From contig MEQL01000007.1 in NCBI GenBank assembly GCA_001770205.1, forward strand, positions 1 to 64,000: a DNA stretch of 64,000 nucleotides, written 5' to 3'. Every line of letters begins with the position of its first letter. Positions within the stretch are counted from its first letter, which is position 1. The position numbers and the translations under genes were made by a program. Source of the stretch: Bdellovibrionales bacterium RIFOXYD12_FULL_39_22 (GTDB lineage Bacteria; Bdellovibrionota; Bacteriovoracia; Bacteriovoracales; Bacteriovoracaceae). Below are positions 21,065 to 29,585 of this stretch, one piece after another. Below the pieces are notes generated by a model. The model was not told where the DNA came from. It did not search any database and worked only from the letters and a program-made list of their open reading frames with translations.

Positions 21065-21091
21065 TTTTCGAGAGGTGAGCATTAAACTTTA
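21065..21091 (-). promoter_or_regulatory. candidate sigma28 (FliA) promoter of the mshM-secretin operon
   Basis: TAAAGTTT-N11-CTCGAAAA versus consensus TAAAGTTT-N11-GCCGATAA. Confidence 0.45.
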
Positions 21092-21235
21092 AAAGATAGA
21101 AGACTAAAAAAGTCAGGAGAGCACTATTTGCCTAGGTGGAATTAAATATTCAATTGTTTTTAAAAAAAAAGGGTATTACCCTAGTATGGTAACGATTTAA
21201 TAATACTACATCATACCCAACTAGGAGAGTGAAAA

Positions 21236-21769
21236 ATGATGAAGATAAATGACAAAGGTTTTACCCTTATTGAAATTTTGATGGTTGTTATGCTAGTGGC
21301 AATTATGGCACTTGTCGCAGTACCACAATTTTTAGATTTCCAAACGCAATCTAAAAATGCAGCAACTCAAGGGGCGCTAGGGGCATTGAGGACTGCGATT
21401 GCTAACCAAAAAATACAGATGGTTGTAAAATGTGCTGCGCCGGCCAGTGCTTGGCCAGAGTTTGCGGCGGTTAGTGGAAACGATATTACTGATGGTACTT
21501 ATTGTGCAGCGGCAACACTGGCGGCACTTACCCCTCCACTTCCTGCAATACCAGCTGCGGATGCTGTGTTCATTAGCGGAGAAGACTTACCAGTAAATCC
21601 ATGGGACGATAGTAGTACGGTCACTGATTGTGCGGTAGCTGCTTGTACTACAGGTGGTGATCGCTCGGGTTGTTCAGCCGCGGCCACGCTAGATGGTGGA
21701 TGGTGCTATGATGATGCCTCTGGAATTATTTTCGCTAACTCTGATAACGATAACGAAAACACTTTCTAA
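21236..21769 (+). CDS. type IV prepilin, probable major pilin
   Basis: KG|FTLIEIL cleavage motif, strong AGGAG RBS, first gene of the operon, 6 Cys. Confidence 0.88.
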   Translation: MMKINDKGFTLIEILMVVMLVAIMALVAVPQFLDFQTQSKNAATQGALGALRTAIANQKIQMVVKCAAPASAWPEFAAVSGNDITDGTYCAAATLAALTPPLPAIPAADAVFISGEDLPVNPWDDSSTVTDCAVAACTTGGDRSGCSAAATLDGGWCYDDASGIIFANSDNDNENTF

Positions 21770-21782
21770 AATAAGTTAGTGC

Positions 21783-22238
21783 ATGATATCTAACAACCGC
21801 GGCTTCACCCTAATTGAGATTTTGATGGTTGTTGTTCTGATAGGGATTGTTGCCGTGGTTGTTACTCCAAATTTCATAGATTTTTCTGATGAAGCAAAAT
21901 CAGCGGTCACGCAAGAAAAACTGGTTGTCATAAAATATGCTATCATGGGAGATCCCAAGCTTGTTTCTTCTGGGGCATTAAAAAGTTCTGGTTATTTCTC
22001 TCATATGGGAAGTTTGCCCTCCACGCTTAATGATCTGGTAGTGCAAGGGGTGCAGACAACTTATGATCCATTTACCAAGCTAGGTTGGCGAGGGCCTTAT
22101 TTAGATAATACCTCCGCAGATTGGAATTTGGATGGTTGGAAAACGGCCATTATCTATAGCCAAGTAGGGCGAACAATAACTAGCTGTGGAGAGGATGGTC
22201 TTTGTGGGAATGGTGATGATATTCAGATCTCATTTTAA
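21783..22238 (+). CDS. GspG-like prepilin
   Basis: RG|FTLIE; GWRGPYL, DGW, SCGEDG..G.GDDI. Confidence 0.85.
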   Translation: MISNNRGFTLIEILMVVVLIGIVAVVVTPNFIDFSDEAKSAVTQEKLVVIKYAIMGDPKLVSSGALKSSGYFSHMGSLPSTLNDLVVQGVQTTYDPFTKLGWRGPYLDNTSADWNLDGWKTAIIYSQVGRTITSCGEDGLCGNGDDIQISF

Positions 22239-22677
22239 GAGAGCAGGATTTTCTCTTATTTCAGTAATGATAAGTTTGATGGCATTAACCGTGACTACTT
22301 CTCTTTTTCTATTAAATTCCACTTCGCAAAATAGTCAGCAAGAACTTCTAATTACCACTGAACGTATCAAAAATTTGGCAGTGGCCATTGCGGACTATAA
22401 AGAAAATAATTCAATTGCCCCAACAAATTTGGATCAGTTAGTTACTAAAAGCGTGGCCGATGCTGATTGTGATGTGGATACCGATACTGCTTCTCCTACC
22501 TATAGACAAATGAGTGGTTGGTGTGGGCCCTATTTGAAAATTACTTTTGCAGAAGATGGAGAAAGTTTTAAGATAGATGGATGGGGAACGCTTTTTCAGC
22601 ATACGAGTGCTTATGTGCGTAGTTGTGGCCCCAATAAAACTTGTGGTGATGGGGATGATATCATTGAGAGGATTTAA
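22216..22677 (+). CDS. GspG-like prepilin lacking Glu5
   Basis: AG|FSLISV; GWCGPYL, DGWG, SCGPNK.CGDGDDI; likely start 22216. Confidence 0.8.
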   Translation: MIFRSHFKRAGFSLISVMISLMALTVTTSLFLLNSTSQNSQQELLITTERIKNLAVAIADYKENNSIAPTNLDQLVTKSVADADCDVDTDTASPTYRQMSGWCGPYLKITFAEDGESFKIDGWGTLFQHTSAYVRSCGPNKTCGDGDDIIERI

Positions 22678-23869
22678 AAAAAATAACGGTTTTACATTGA
22701 TTGAAATGCTTATGGCCGTAATGGTCATTGGTATTTTATCGGTGGTTTCTATAAATTATATGCAAAATGATATTTCCGAAATTAGATTTGATGAAACGCT
22801 AAATGAATTAGAAAAAATTAAGTTTGCTATGGTGGGAGATGAGTCTGTTACCTCCGGCGGAGAGCGTATCAGTTTTGGTTTTCAAGGCGATATTGGGGGC
22901 ATGCCGGCAACTTTGGCACAACTTCTTACTAATGTCACTTACCCAGCATGGAGCATGAATAGTACATATCGTGTTGGTATCGGCTGGAATGGGCCATATC
23001 TTTCTAGTGAAACTGGTAACGATGTGGCCAAAGATGCCTGGGGTAATAACTATATTTATAATTCTGCGAGTAATCCAGTAACCGTTATTAGCTATGGTGC
23101 CGACGGTGCGGTAGGTGGAGCAGGGCTTGACAGTGATATCACCGTTTCCATTCCACTTAATTATTATCAGTCAGATGTTTACGGATTTATCTCTGATGGT
23201 AGCAATCCATATGTGGGAGGGGCGGTAATTGAACTTTATACTCCTAATGGTGCCGGTGTAATAACAACGCGCTCTTTAGCTATTACGGCCGCGGACAGTG
23301 GATATTTTTCTTTTTTGGGAGTATCGGCCGGTGTTCGTTCCATTTCTGTCTATATTCCAAATAAGACAACACCAACTACCATCATGGGCCCGGCCATTGT
23401 AGTTATAGATAAACCTAAATTTATGATTCCCAGTACTCTCTTTAACATTAATTCTGGGGGAGGAGGAGGAGGGTGTCCTGCTTCCACCGCTATTCAATAC
23501 GTGACAGGATCGGCCAATTATCCGTTAGGGGTTCCTCCTAATAAGCGTGCGGCATTTAATGTTAATGTTACAGGTGCTTTAACTATTTCTTCTATACAGT
23601 TTACCCATAACGTTAGTGGTGCATCAATAACGCAAGTAGTTTTTCCCTCCGCTACTTATGATTGTACGCTACCTACCGCATTTGCACCTTGTCCTGTTGC
23701 CTCCGGAGTGGAAACAGTTCCTAATCCAGTAATAAGTATGTCGGTGGGAAATAATCAAACAATAACCATGACATTTGATACTAACGTAAAAGGCAACATT
23801 ACCAGTTTGGAAGTTTATGTAGTCCATTCCTTGGGCTGCACGTTGTTTACGATAACCGATTTTATATAA
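22655..23869 (+). CDS. large prepilin: GspG-like domain plus beta-rich C-terminal extension
   Basis: NG|FTLIE; GWNGPYL, DAWGNNY, SYGADG...DSDI; then a beta-rich region, a Gly6 linker and a Cys-containing domain; likely start 22655. Confidence 0.82.
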   Translation: MISLRGFKKNNGFTLIEMLMAVMVIGILSVVSINYMQNDISEIRFDETLNELEKIKFAMVGDESVTSGGERISFGFQGDIGGMPATLAQLLTNVTYPAWSMNSTYRVGIGWNGPYLSSETGNDVAKDAWGNNYIYNSASNPVTVISYGADGAVGGAGLDSDITVSIPLNYYQSDVYGFISDGSNPYVGGAVIELYTPNGAGVITTRSLAITAADSGYFSFLGVSAGVRSISVYIPNKTTPTTIMGPAIVVIDKPKFMIPSTLFNINSGGGGGGCPASTAIQYVTGSANYPLGVPPNKRAAFNVNVTGALTISSIQFTHNVSGASITQVVFPSATYDCTLPTAFAPCPVASGVETVPNPVISMSVGNNQTITMTFDTNVKGNITSLEVYVVHSLGCTLFTITDFI

Positions 23870-23888
23870 GTTATTTTTAGGATATTCG

Positions 23889-25097
23889 ATGGCCATTTTC
23901 AAATACAAGGCAAGAAATAATAGAGGCGAATTGCAAAGCGGTGAAATATCTGCTGAAAGTGTTTCGCAGGCACAAGAGCAAATTTCTCAGGCGGGAGTTT
24001 ATATAACAGAGTTAAGCGAGAAGACGATCTCTTTTAATCCAATGTCTTTTTTGGTTCCCAAAGTTAAGATGGATGACCTAATGGTTTTTAATGGCCAATT
24101 GGAGACGGTTTTTTCTGTAGGTATTCCGCTGATGCGCGGATTGGAATTTATTCGAGAGCAGACTATTAATCCCACTCTTAAAAGTGCCCTGGGGGATATT
24201 TTACATGATTTGGCCGAAGGATTAGAGTTTAGTCAGGCGGTTGGAAAACATCCACATATTTTTGATTCTACCTATCAGAGTCTATTGGTGGCCGGTGAGG
24301 CCACCGGAGAGTTAGAGAATATTTTAGCAAAGATTTCTGATATTATTTCTGCTAAAATGGATAATCGGGCAAAAATTAATTCTGCCATTTTTTACCCCAA
24401 ATTAGTTTTAACTTTTTTGGTAATAATATTTTTTATCTCAGTCTATGTAATTATTCCAAAGATGCAGGGCTTTTATAAAAACTTAAAAATAGAGTTACCG
24501 GCAATTACCAGGATAATGCTTACTATTTCAGAAATTCTAACATCGCCAGGATTTATCATTATCGCCATTTTGCTGTTTGGCCTGTTTTTTCATTTTCGTA
24601 AACAGTTTGTAGATAAATATTTGCTTAATATTCATACGCTCTTTCTAAAAATTCCAATCATTGGAACAATTATTTTAGAAGCAGAAGTTAATAGCTTTTG
24701 TACAGTACTAAGTCTTTTGCTACAAAATGGCATTGGACAGTTAGAAAGTTTGAAAATTTTACGAGGAGTTTTGTCTAATAGAAAGATGGTTGAAACGATA
24801 GCTTATTGTGAAAAAGTTATTGCCGAAGGCCGGAGTTTGAGCTTTGGCCTAAAAAGTACCAAGGTGTTCCCACCGTTGCTGTCAAATTTTATAACTATCG
24901 GCGAAGAGGCCGGTGATATCGAAAAGATTTTAGAAAAAATGGCCGTTTACTATAAAAAAAGGGTCAATCATAGTTTAGATAATTTTTCTAAACTTATTGA
25001 GCCGCTGCTGCTTTTTGTTATCTTTGGTGCGGTAATGGGACTTGCCTTGGCCGTCTTTATGCCAATGTGGCAGATGTCTTCAGCAATTAAGCATTAG
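23889..25097 (+). CDS. PilC/GspF/MshG-family inner-membrane platform protein
   Basis: MAIFKYKARN, GIPL, AGEATGEL, IGEEAG, LIEP, AVFMPM. Confidence 0.93.
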   Translation: MAIFKYKARNNRGELQSGEISAESVSQAQEQISQAGVYITELSEKTISFNPMSFLVPKVKMDDLMVFNGQLETVFSVGIPLMRGLEFIREQTINPTLKSALGDILHDLAEGLEFSQAVGKHPHIFDSTYQSLLVAGEATGELENILAKISDIISAKMDNRAKINSAIFYPKLVLTFLVIIFFISVYVIIPKMQGFYKNLKIELPAITRIMLTISEILTSPGFIIIAILLFGLFFHFRKQFVDKYLLNIHTLFLKIPIIGTIILEAEVNSFCTVLSLLLQNGIGQLESLKILRGVLSNRKMVETIAYCEKVIAEGRSLSFGLKSTKVFPPLLSNFITIGEEAGDIEKILEKMAVYYKKRVNHSLDNFSKLIEPLLLFVIFGAVMGLALAVFMPMWQMSSAIKH

Positions 25098-25098
25098 A

Positions 25099-25476
25099 TT
25101 ATTTTTTATTTGCCAGAATCATATTGAGATAGGGAATTAAGTTTGTGAGATAATACATTTTGTCAAAAAAACTTACGTCTTTGATATTTTTAACTTCCTT
25201 CTCTACATTTTCTAAATAGGCAGATAAAATCACAATAGGTGTTTTCTGATTGATCCCCGGATTTGCCCGCAGGGATTCAACAAATTTTTTACCACTCATT
25301 TGTGGCATGACGTAGTCAACCAAAATTAAATCATACTTTTGTTCCTGCGCTATTTCTAATCCTTCCACAGGATTGCTAATTGCTTCAAGTTCACAATCAA
25401 ATTCATCAGTGATAGCTTCGGATAACAAATCCAAAAAACTTTCTTCATCATCAATAAGTAAAAATTTATATTTCAT
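25099..25476 (-). CDS. single-domain response regulator (CheY-like)
   Basis: LLIDDE, LILVDYVMPQMSG, ILSA, FDK. Confidence 0.85.
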   Translation of the reverse strand: MKYKFLLIDDEESFLDLLSEAITDEFDCELEAISNPVEGLEIAQEQKYDLILVDYVMPQMSGKKFVESLRANPGINQKTPIVILSAYLENVEKEVKNIKDVSFFDKMYYLTNLIPYLNMILANKK

Positions 25477-25493
25477 AACATCATCCAATTTAT

Positions 25494-27176
25494 CTATTTG
25501 TATCCTAGTTGCTTAATAACCTCTTCTGCGGTGGTGAGGGCTCGTTTGATTTTATTTTTACCGTCTGTCAGCATGGTAGTGAAGCCATGTTTTTCTACGG
25601 CAATTTTTTGCATCTCAATATCAGACACTCCATTTTTGATAGCAAGTTTTAACTCATTATCGGGAATAAAAACTTCAAAGACAGGCATACGTCCTTGATA
25701 ACCAACATTGTGACAGTGCTCACAACCAGTTGCGCGAATTACTTTCCCGACAGTAGCAATAATATCTTCTTCAATATAGTTATTAACTTTAGTTGGATCT
25801 TTGATTTCAATTCCACAGTGGGGACAAATTTTACGCACTAATCTTTGGGCCACAACTCCCAGTAAGGCAGAAGAAACAATATATGGTTCGATTCCAATAT
25901 CGACGAGTCTTTGCACGGTAGCTACTGCATCGTTAGTGTGAATAGTGCTTATAACCAGATGGCCAGTCAATGCGGCCTTTACGGCAATTTGAGCAGTCTC
26001 TTCATCTCGAATTTCTCCCACCATAATCACATCTGGATCTTGTCTTAAAATACTGCGCAAAGAAGATGGAAAAGTTAACCCGGCCTTGGGATTGATTTGT
26101 ACTTGGTTTATTAAATTGAAATGATATTCAACGGGATCTTCAACCGTGATGATATTTCGCTCCATTGAATTAATGTAATTTAACATCGAATAGACAGTAG
26201 TAGTTTTTCCACTACCAGTAGGGCCAGTTACAAGAATAATCCCACTTGAACAGCGCAAAATCTGCTTGGTCTTTTTTAAAAGATTATTATCCATGCCAAT
26301 GTTATCAATGTTTACATTGAGGTTTTCTTTGTCAAGAATACGCATAACAACTTTTTCGCCTTTTATTGTTGGTAGCGTAGAAACTCGACAATCTATAGTG
26401 GTTTTTCCGGCCGGAATTTGCATGCGTCCATCTTGGGGAATACGTTTTTCCGTTATGTCTAGATTGGCCACTAATTTTAAGCGAGAAATGATAGCAGAGT
26501 GTAGTTCCAGCGGAAAGGTTTCTCGTTCATGCAAAATGCCGTCAATACGTACACGAACCCTAAGAACAGAATCATCGGCCTCAACGTGAATATCACTTGC
26601 TTTGGAATGAATAGCATCTTGAATAAAATTATTAATTAATTTCTCTACGGAAGTATTTTGATTCATTGAAGCTTTATCAGGGGATAAAGTGGCCCCAATT
26701 GTCTTGGAGTCATCAGAAATTTTTCTTAAAATTTGTTGAATGTTTTCTTGTTTTTCATAGGCACTAGAAAAAGCAGCTTTATATGATTGAGAAGAACAGA
26801 TGGCCACATCAAAAGGAATCTGTAAAAGGTCATTTAGTTTTACAAGAACAGTACTATCCACCACTGCCAAAAGCAATTTGTCATTTTCCATTTTTATTGG
26901 GAGGGCCTGAAATTCTAAGGCCATTTCTTTAGGAACAAATTTGACAACTTCGGCATCTACCACAACTTGATTAGGAGGAAGATATTTATGTTCGCTTTGT
27001 ATGGCGGTGGCCCGAGTTAGATCTTCAGCAGTAATTTTTTTTTGCTTAAGCAAATAATCACCAATAGGGGTTTCTCGATCATCATGGCGATTTAATATCT
27101 TTATCAACTCTTCCTCCGTCAAAATACCGAGTTGAACAAAAATACTGCCCATGGGCCTTTTCTTATTTAGACGCAT
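25494..27176 (-). CDS. PilB/GspE/MshE-family assembly ATPase
   Basis: ASDIH, PQDGR, GPTGSGKT, EDPVE, LRQDPD, TGH, CPHC..CEHC; N-terminal MshEN-like region. Confidence 0.95.
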   Translation of the reverse strand: MRLNKKRPMGSIFVQLGILTEEELIKILNRHDDRETPIGDYLLKQKKITAEDLTRATAIQSEHKYLPPNQVVVDAEVVKFVPKEMALEFQALPIKMENDKLLLAVVDSTVLVKLNDLLQIPFDVAICSSQSYKAAFSSAYEKQENIQQILRKISDDSKTIGATLSPDKASMNQNTSVEKLINNFIQDAIHSKASDIHVEADDSVLRVRVRIDGILHERETFPLELHSAIISRLKLVANLDITEKRIPQDGRMQIPAGKTTIDCRVSTLPTIKGEKVVMRILDKENLNVNIDNIGMDNNLLKKTKQILRCSSGIILVTGPTGSGKTTTVYSMLNYINSMERNIITVEDPVEYHFNLINQVQINPKAGLTFPSSLRSILRQDPDVIMVGEIRDEETAQIAVKAALTGHLVISTIHTNDAVATVQRLVDIGIEPYIVSSALLGVVAQRLVRKICPHCGIEIKDPTKVNNYIEEDIIATVGKVIRATGCEHCHNVGYQGRMPVFEVFIPDNELKLAIKNGVSDIEMQKIAVEKHGFTTMLTDGKNKIKRALTTAEEVIKQLGYK

Positions 27177-27200
27177 CGTTTTTTCCTAAGATTATCATAG

Positions 27201-28814
27201 TTATAAATTTAAGTTGGGAAAATAGTTATTTGAGGGGTTCGTTTTATTCGAAATTGCTTCTTCTAATTCGGTCAAAGCCTCAATTATAATTTTAATCTCC
27301 TTTTTGAAAAGATATAGCAGTTGTTCAATGTTTTTTAAGTTTGTCATGGTGCTATTGGCAGTGAGCGTCTCTAAACGCATTTTAAAAAAAAGCGCTGGGA
27401 ATGCCACCAGATGTGCTCCGTTATCAGACTCATCTAACAATTTATCTAGAGCAGACACAAAAGCAGAAGTGGAGGGCGCCCCTCCATCAACCTTTCGCAG
27501 AGATTTTAAGGTGGAAAGAATTTTTTTACTCAACATAAGGACTGCCTGCATTTCTTCTTGGTGCCATTTGGCCGTCTGTGCTGAAGTTTTATCTGTTATA
27601 GCAAAAAAAGAATCAATGGTTCTACGATTTAATAAAATTAGTCCCAGAAGATGTCGGGCCATCAGATAAAAGAGATGATTAAAATTGAGGTCAGCGGAAT
27701 CAATGATACGTTTATAAGTTATTCCCAAACTATCTCTTTCAACGATATAAAGACACTCTTCCGTAGAGATGGTGGGGGTAGTTGTCAGGTTAAAGAAAAA
27801 GCGAAGCGTCTCCAATAAATTGAGATGGAAAACAGAGTCGCTTATTTGATGAGACGTGGCGGTTAGAATAAGGTTGCCTTTTAAAGTGGTTTGTTGTTGG
27901 AAGGCATGTTTATAGTCAGTAATCACTTCTATTGCAGGTATCTCCAATAAATCCGCAAGATATTTTATTGGCCCCTCTGTTGAGAGTAGTAGATCCAAAT
28001 TCAATAGTGTTGAAGGAAGGGATTTAAAATCATCTTCGATAATTATTAGCTGGCCTGTGAAGTGTCGGTTTAAAAGATGGGCCTTTTCTTTTTCTGTCTG
28101 GCAAGTGGCCAGAAGGACAGGGTGAGTAAACGAAGTGTTTAGAAGTAATTGCAGCACATTTTTCATGACAGCAGGCCGGGCAAAATTACAAGGTATGCCA
28201 ATAAGCTTGGCATTATCTTTTTGATTGGCCAACTGCTTTCTTATTTTTCCAAATTTTAAATAAGCAATCTCATTGTTGGTTTCGTCAATGGCAATACCGT
28301 TGATACTATTGTTTTCCTTTCGACCTATTGTCTGTAGAAAAATATTTTGAAAGTGGATGGGTAGAGAAGGTAGTTGTGGCATTAGATCACTTAGTAGCAT
28401 TAACCAGTTACTTGAATATTGAAGTTGGCCAGTTTTATCAAAATAGGTTCCATGTATTTTAGTATGATTATCTTTTAAGAAGAAAGATGATAGATAGGAA
28501 CTTACTTTATCGTTAGAGAAGTTTATTATCTCATCCCAACTTTCTTCATATGCTGGCCCAAGTGCATCAAAAAAAGCGTCGTAGGCAAAGGCCTTGCTAT
28601 AAATTAGCTTTTTATGTAGGGCCGTTATGGCCGCTCTATCAATGGTATAAATCTTATGAACATTATTTAAAATGGCAGCAGATGAATTGAATTCTTGATA
28701 GATCAACAAAGAAATCTGGGTATCGGGCGCTTGATAAATAATTGCATTTATCAAATGAGTGCTGGAAATAATTTCGTGATGGCCTTTTAGATTTATAAGA
28801 AGAATTTTTTTCAT
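27201..28814 (-). CDS. glycosyltransferase family 9-like protein with helical C-terminal extension (degenerate)
   Basis: KILLINL..H.EII....I..P..ISLL N-terminus; LDLLLSTEGPIKYLA resembles the GT9 D.G..HLA region. Confidence 0.6.
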   Translation of the reverse strand: MKKILLINLKGHHEIISSTHLINAIIYQAPDTQISLLIYQEFNSSAAILNNVHKIYTIDRAAITALHKKLIYSKAFAYDAFFDALGPAYEESWDEIINFSNDKVSSYLSSFFLKDNHTKIHGTYFDKTGQLQYSSNWLMLLSDLMPQLPSLPIHFQNIFLQTIGRKENNSINGIAIDETNNEIAYLKFGKIRKQLANQKDNAKLIGIPCNFARPAVMKNVLQLLLNTSFTHPVLLATCQTEKEKAHLLNRHFTGQLIIIEDDFKSLPSTLLNLDLLLSTEGPIKYLADLLEIPAIEVITDYKHAFQQQTTLKGNLILTATSHQISDSVFHLNLLETLRFFFNLTTTPTISTEECLYIVERDSLGITYKRIIDSADLNFNHLFYLMARHLLGLILLNRRTIDSFFAITDKTSAQTAKWHQEEMQAVLMLSKKILSTLKSLRKVDGGAPSTSAFVSALDKLLDESDNGAHLVAFPALFFKMRLETLTANSTMTNLKNIEQLLYLFKKEIKIIIEALTELEEAISNKTNPSNNYFPNLNL

Positions 28815-29437
28815 GGTAACTCTTCGGTTATCTGAGTGTCGATCCCCGTCATTTCATGAAGGGCGTAAAATAGAAAATCCATACTACCGAACTCTTCTTT
28901 TCTTTTGATATGAGAAGAAAGATTTTTGGCAAAATCAACCTGGCCAAGGAAAGAGGAGAGGTATTTTTTGACAATGGGCGATTTTGACTTGGAAACGATA
29001 TTATCTAGTTTATCGCTTGCCTGATAGGTTAGTATGCCCTGATAGTAGTTGGTATCCTGATGGAAGGATTCTGGATAAAGAAGTATGGCCGGCCTGCCAA
29101 TTAAAAAATCTATTGTTTCTTGCTGGGAAAAAAAATCATCGGCCGTGTGGGCGATAAACCAAGAGATGTTTTTACTATTTTTAGTTTTCTCATCAGAGAA
29201 ATTATCAAATAGTTCTTTGTGCAGCTCAACTACACAAAGTTTGAAGTCATTTCCATGGAATTGGGCCATAACTTCCACCAATTCGGCCAAATGATACCCC
29301 TGGCCTAATCCTAATAGTAGAATATTTTTTTTGGCCTTTAATTCACGCAGATATCTACCAACAAATGCTTTTGCTTCGCGTTTTTGTTTTTCTTCGCGGG
29401 AGGGCCAAGGAATATTATTAGTTGTGGCCGATGTCAT
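28811..29437 (-). CDS. protein resembling the N-terminal part of Maf (motility accessory factor) glycosyltransferases
   Basis: REA, ILLLGLGQGYHL, VVE motifs; AAGGAG RBS before 29437. Confidence 0.5.
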   Translation of the reverse strand: MTSATTNNIPWPSREEKQKREAKAFVGRYLRELKAKKNILLLGLGQGYHLAELVEVMAQFHGNDFKLCVVELHKELFDNFSDEKTKNSKNISWFIAHTADDFFSQQETIDFLIGRPAILLYPESFHQDTNYYQGILTYQASDKLDNIVSKSKSPIVKKYLSSFLGQVDFAKNLSSHIKRKEEFGSMDFLFYALHEMTGIDTQITEELP

Positions 29438-29585
29438 CTCTGACTCCTTCATTATGCACAATATAAAGAATAAGTGCTTTGCAGAAACTCGGCAATATCT
29501 TTACTTGAAGGCCCATTACTGCCTATCTATCGTCGGCAAATTTTTCCGCTTAGATAAAAATCTTGCAATTTATTTTTTATACAAT

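Noticed and set aside
29485..29555. Two T(C/A)AG...GCCGA sigma28-like motifs upstream of the Maf-like gene
   Set aside because: Spacers are several nt shorter than the canonical FliA spacing.
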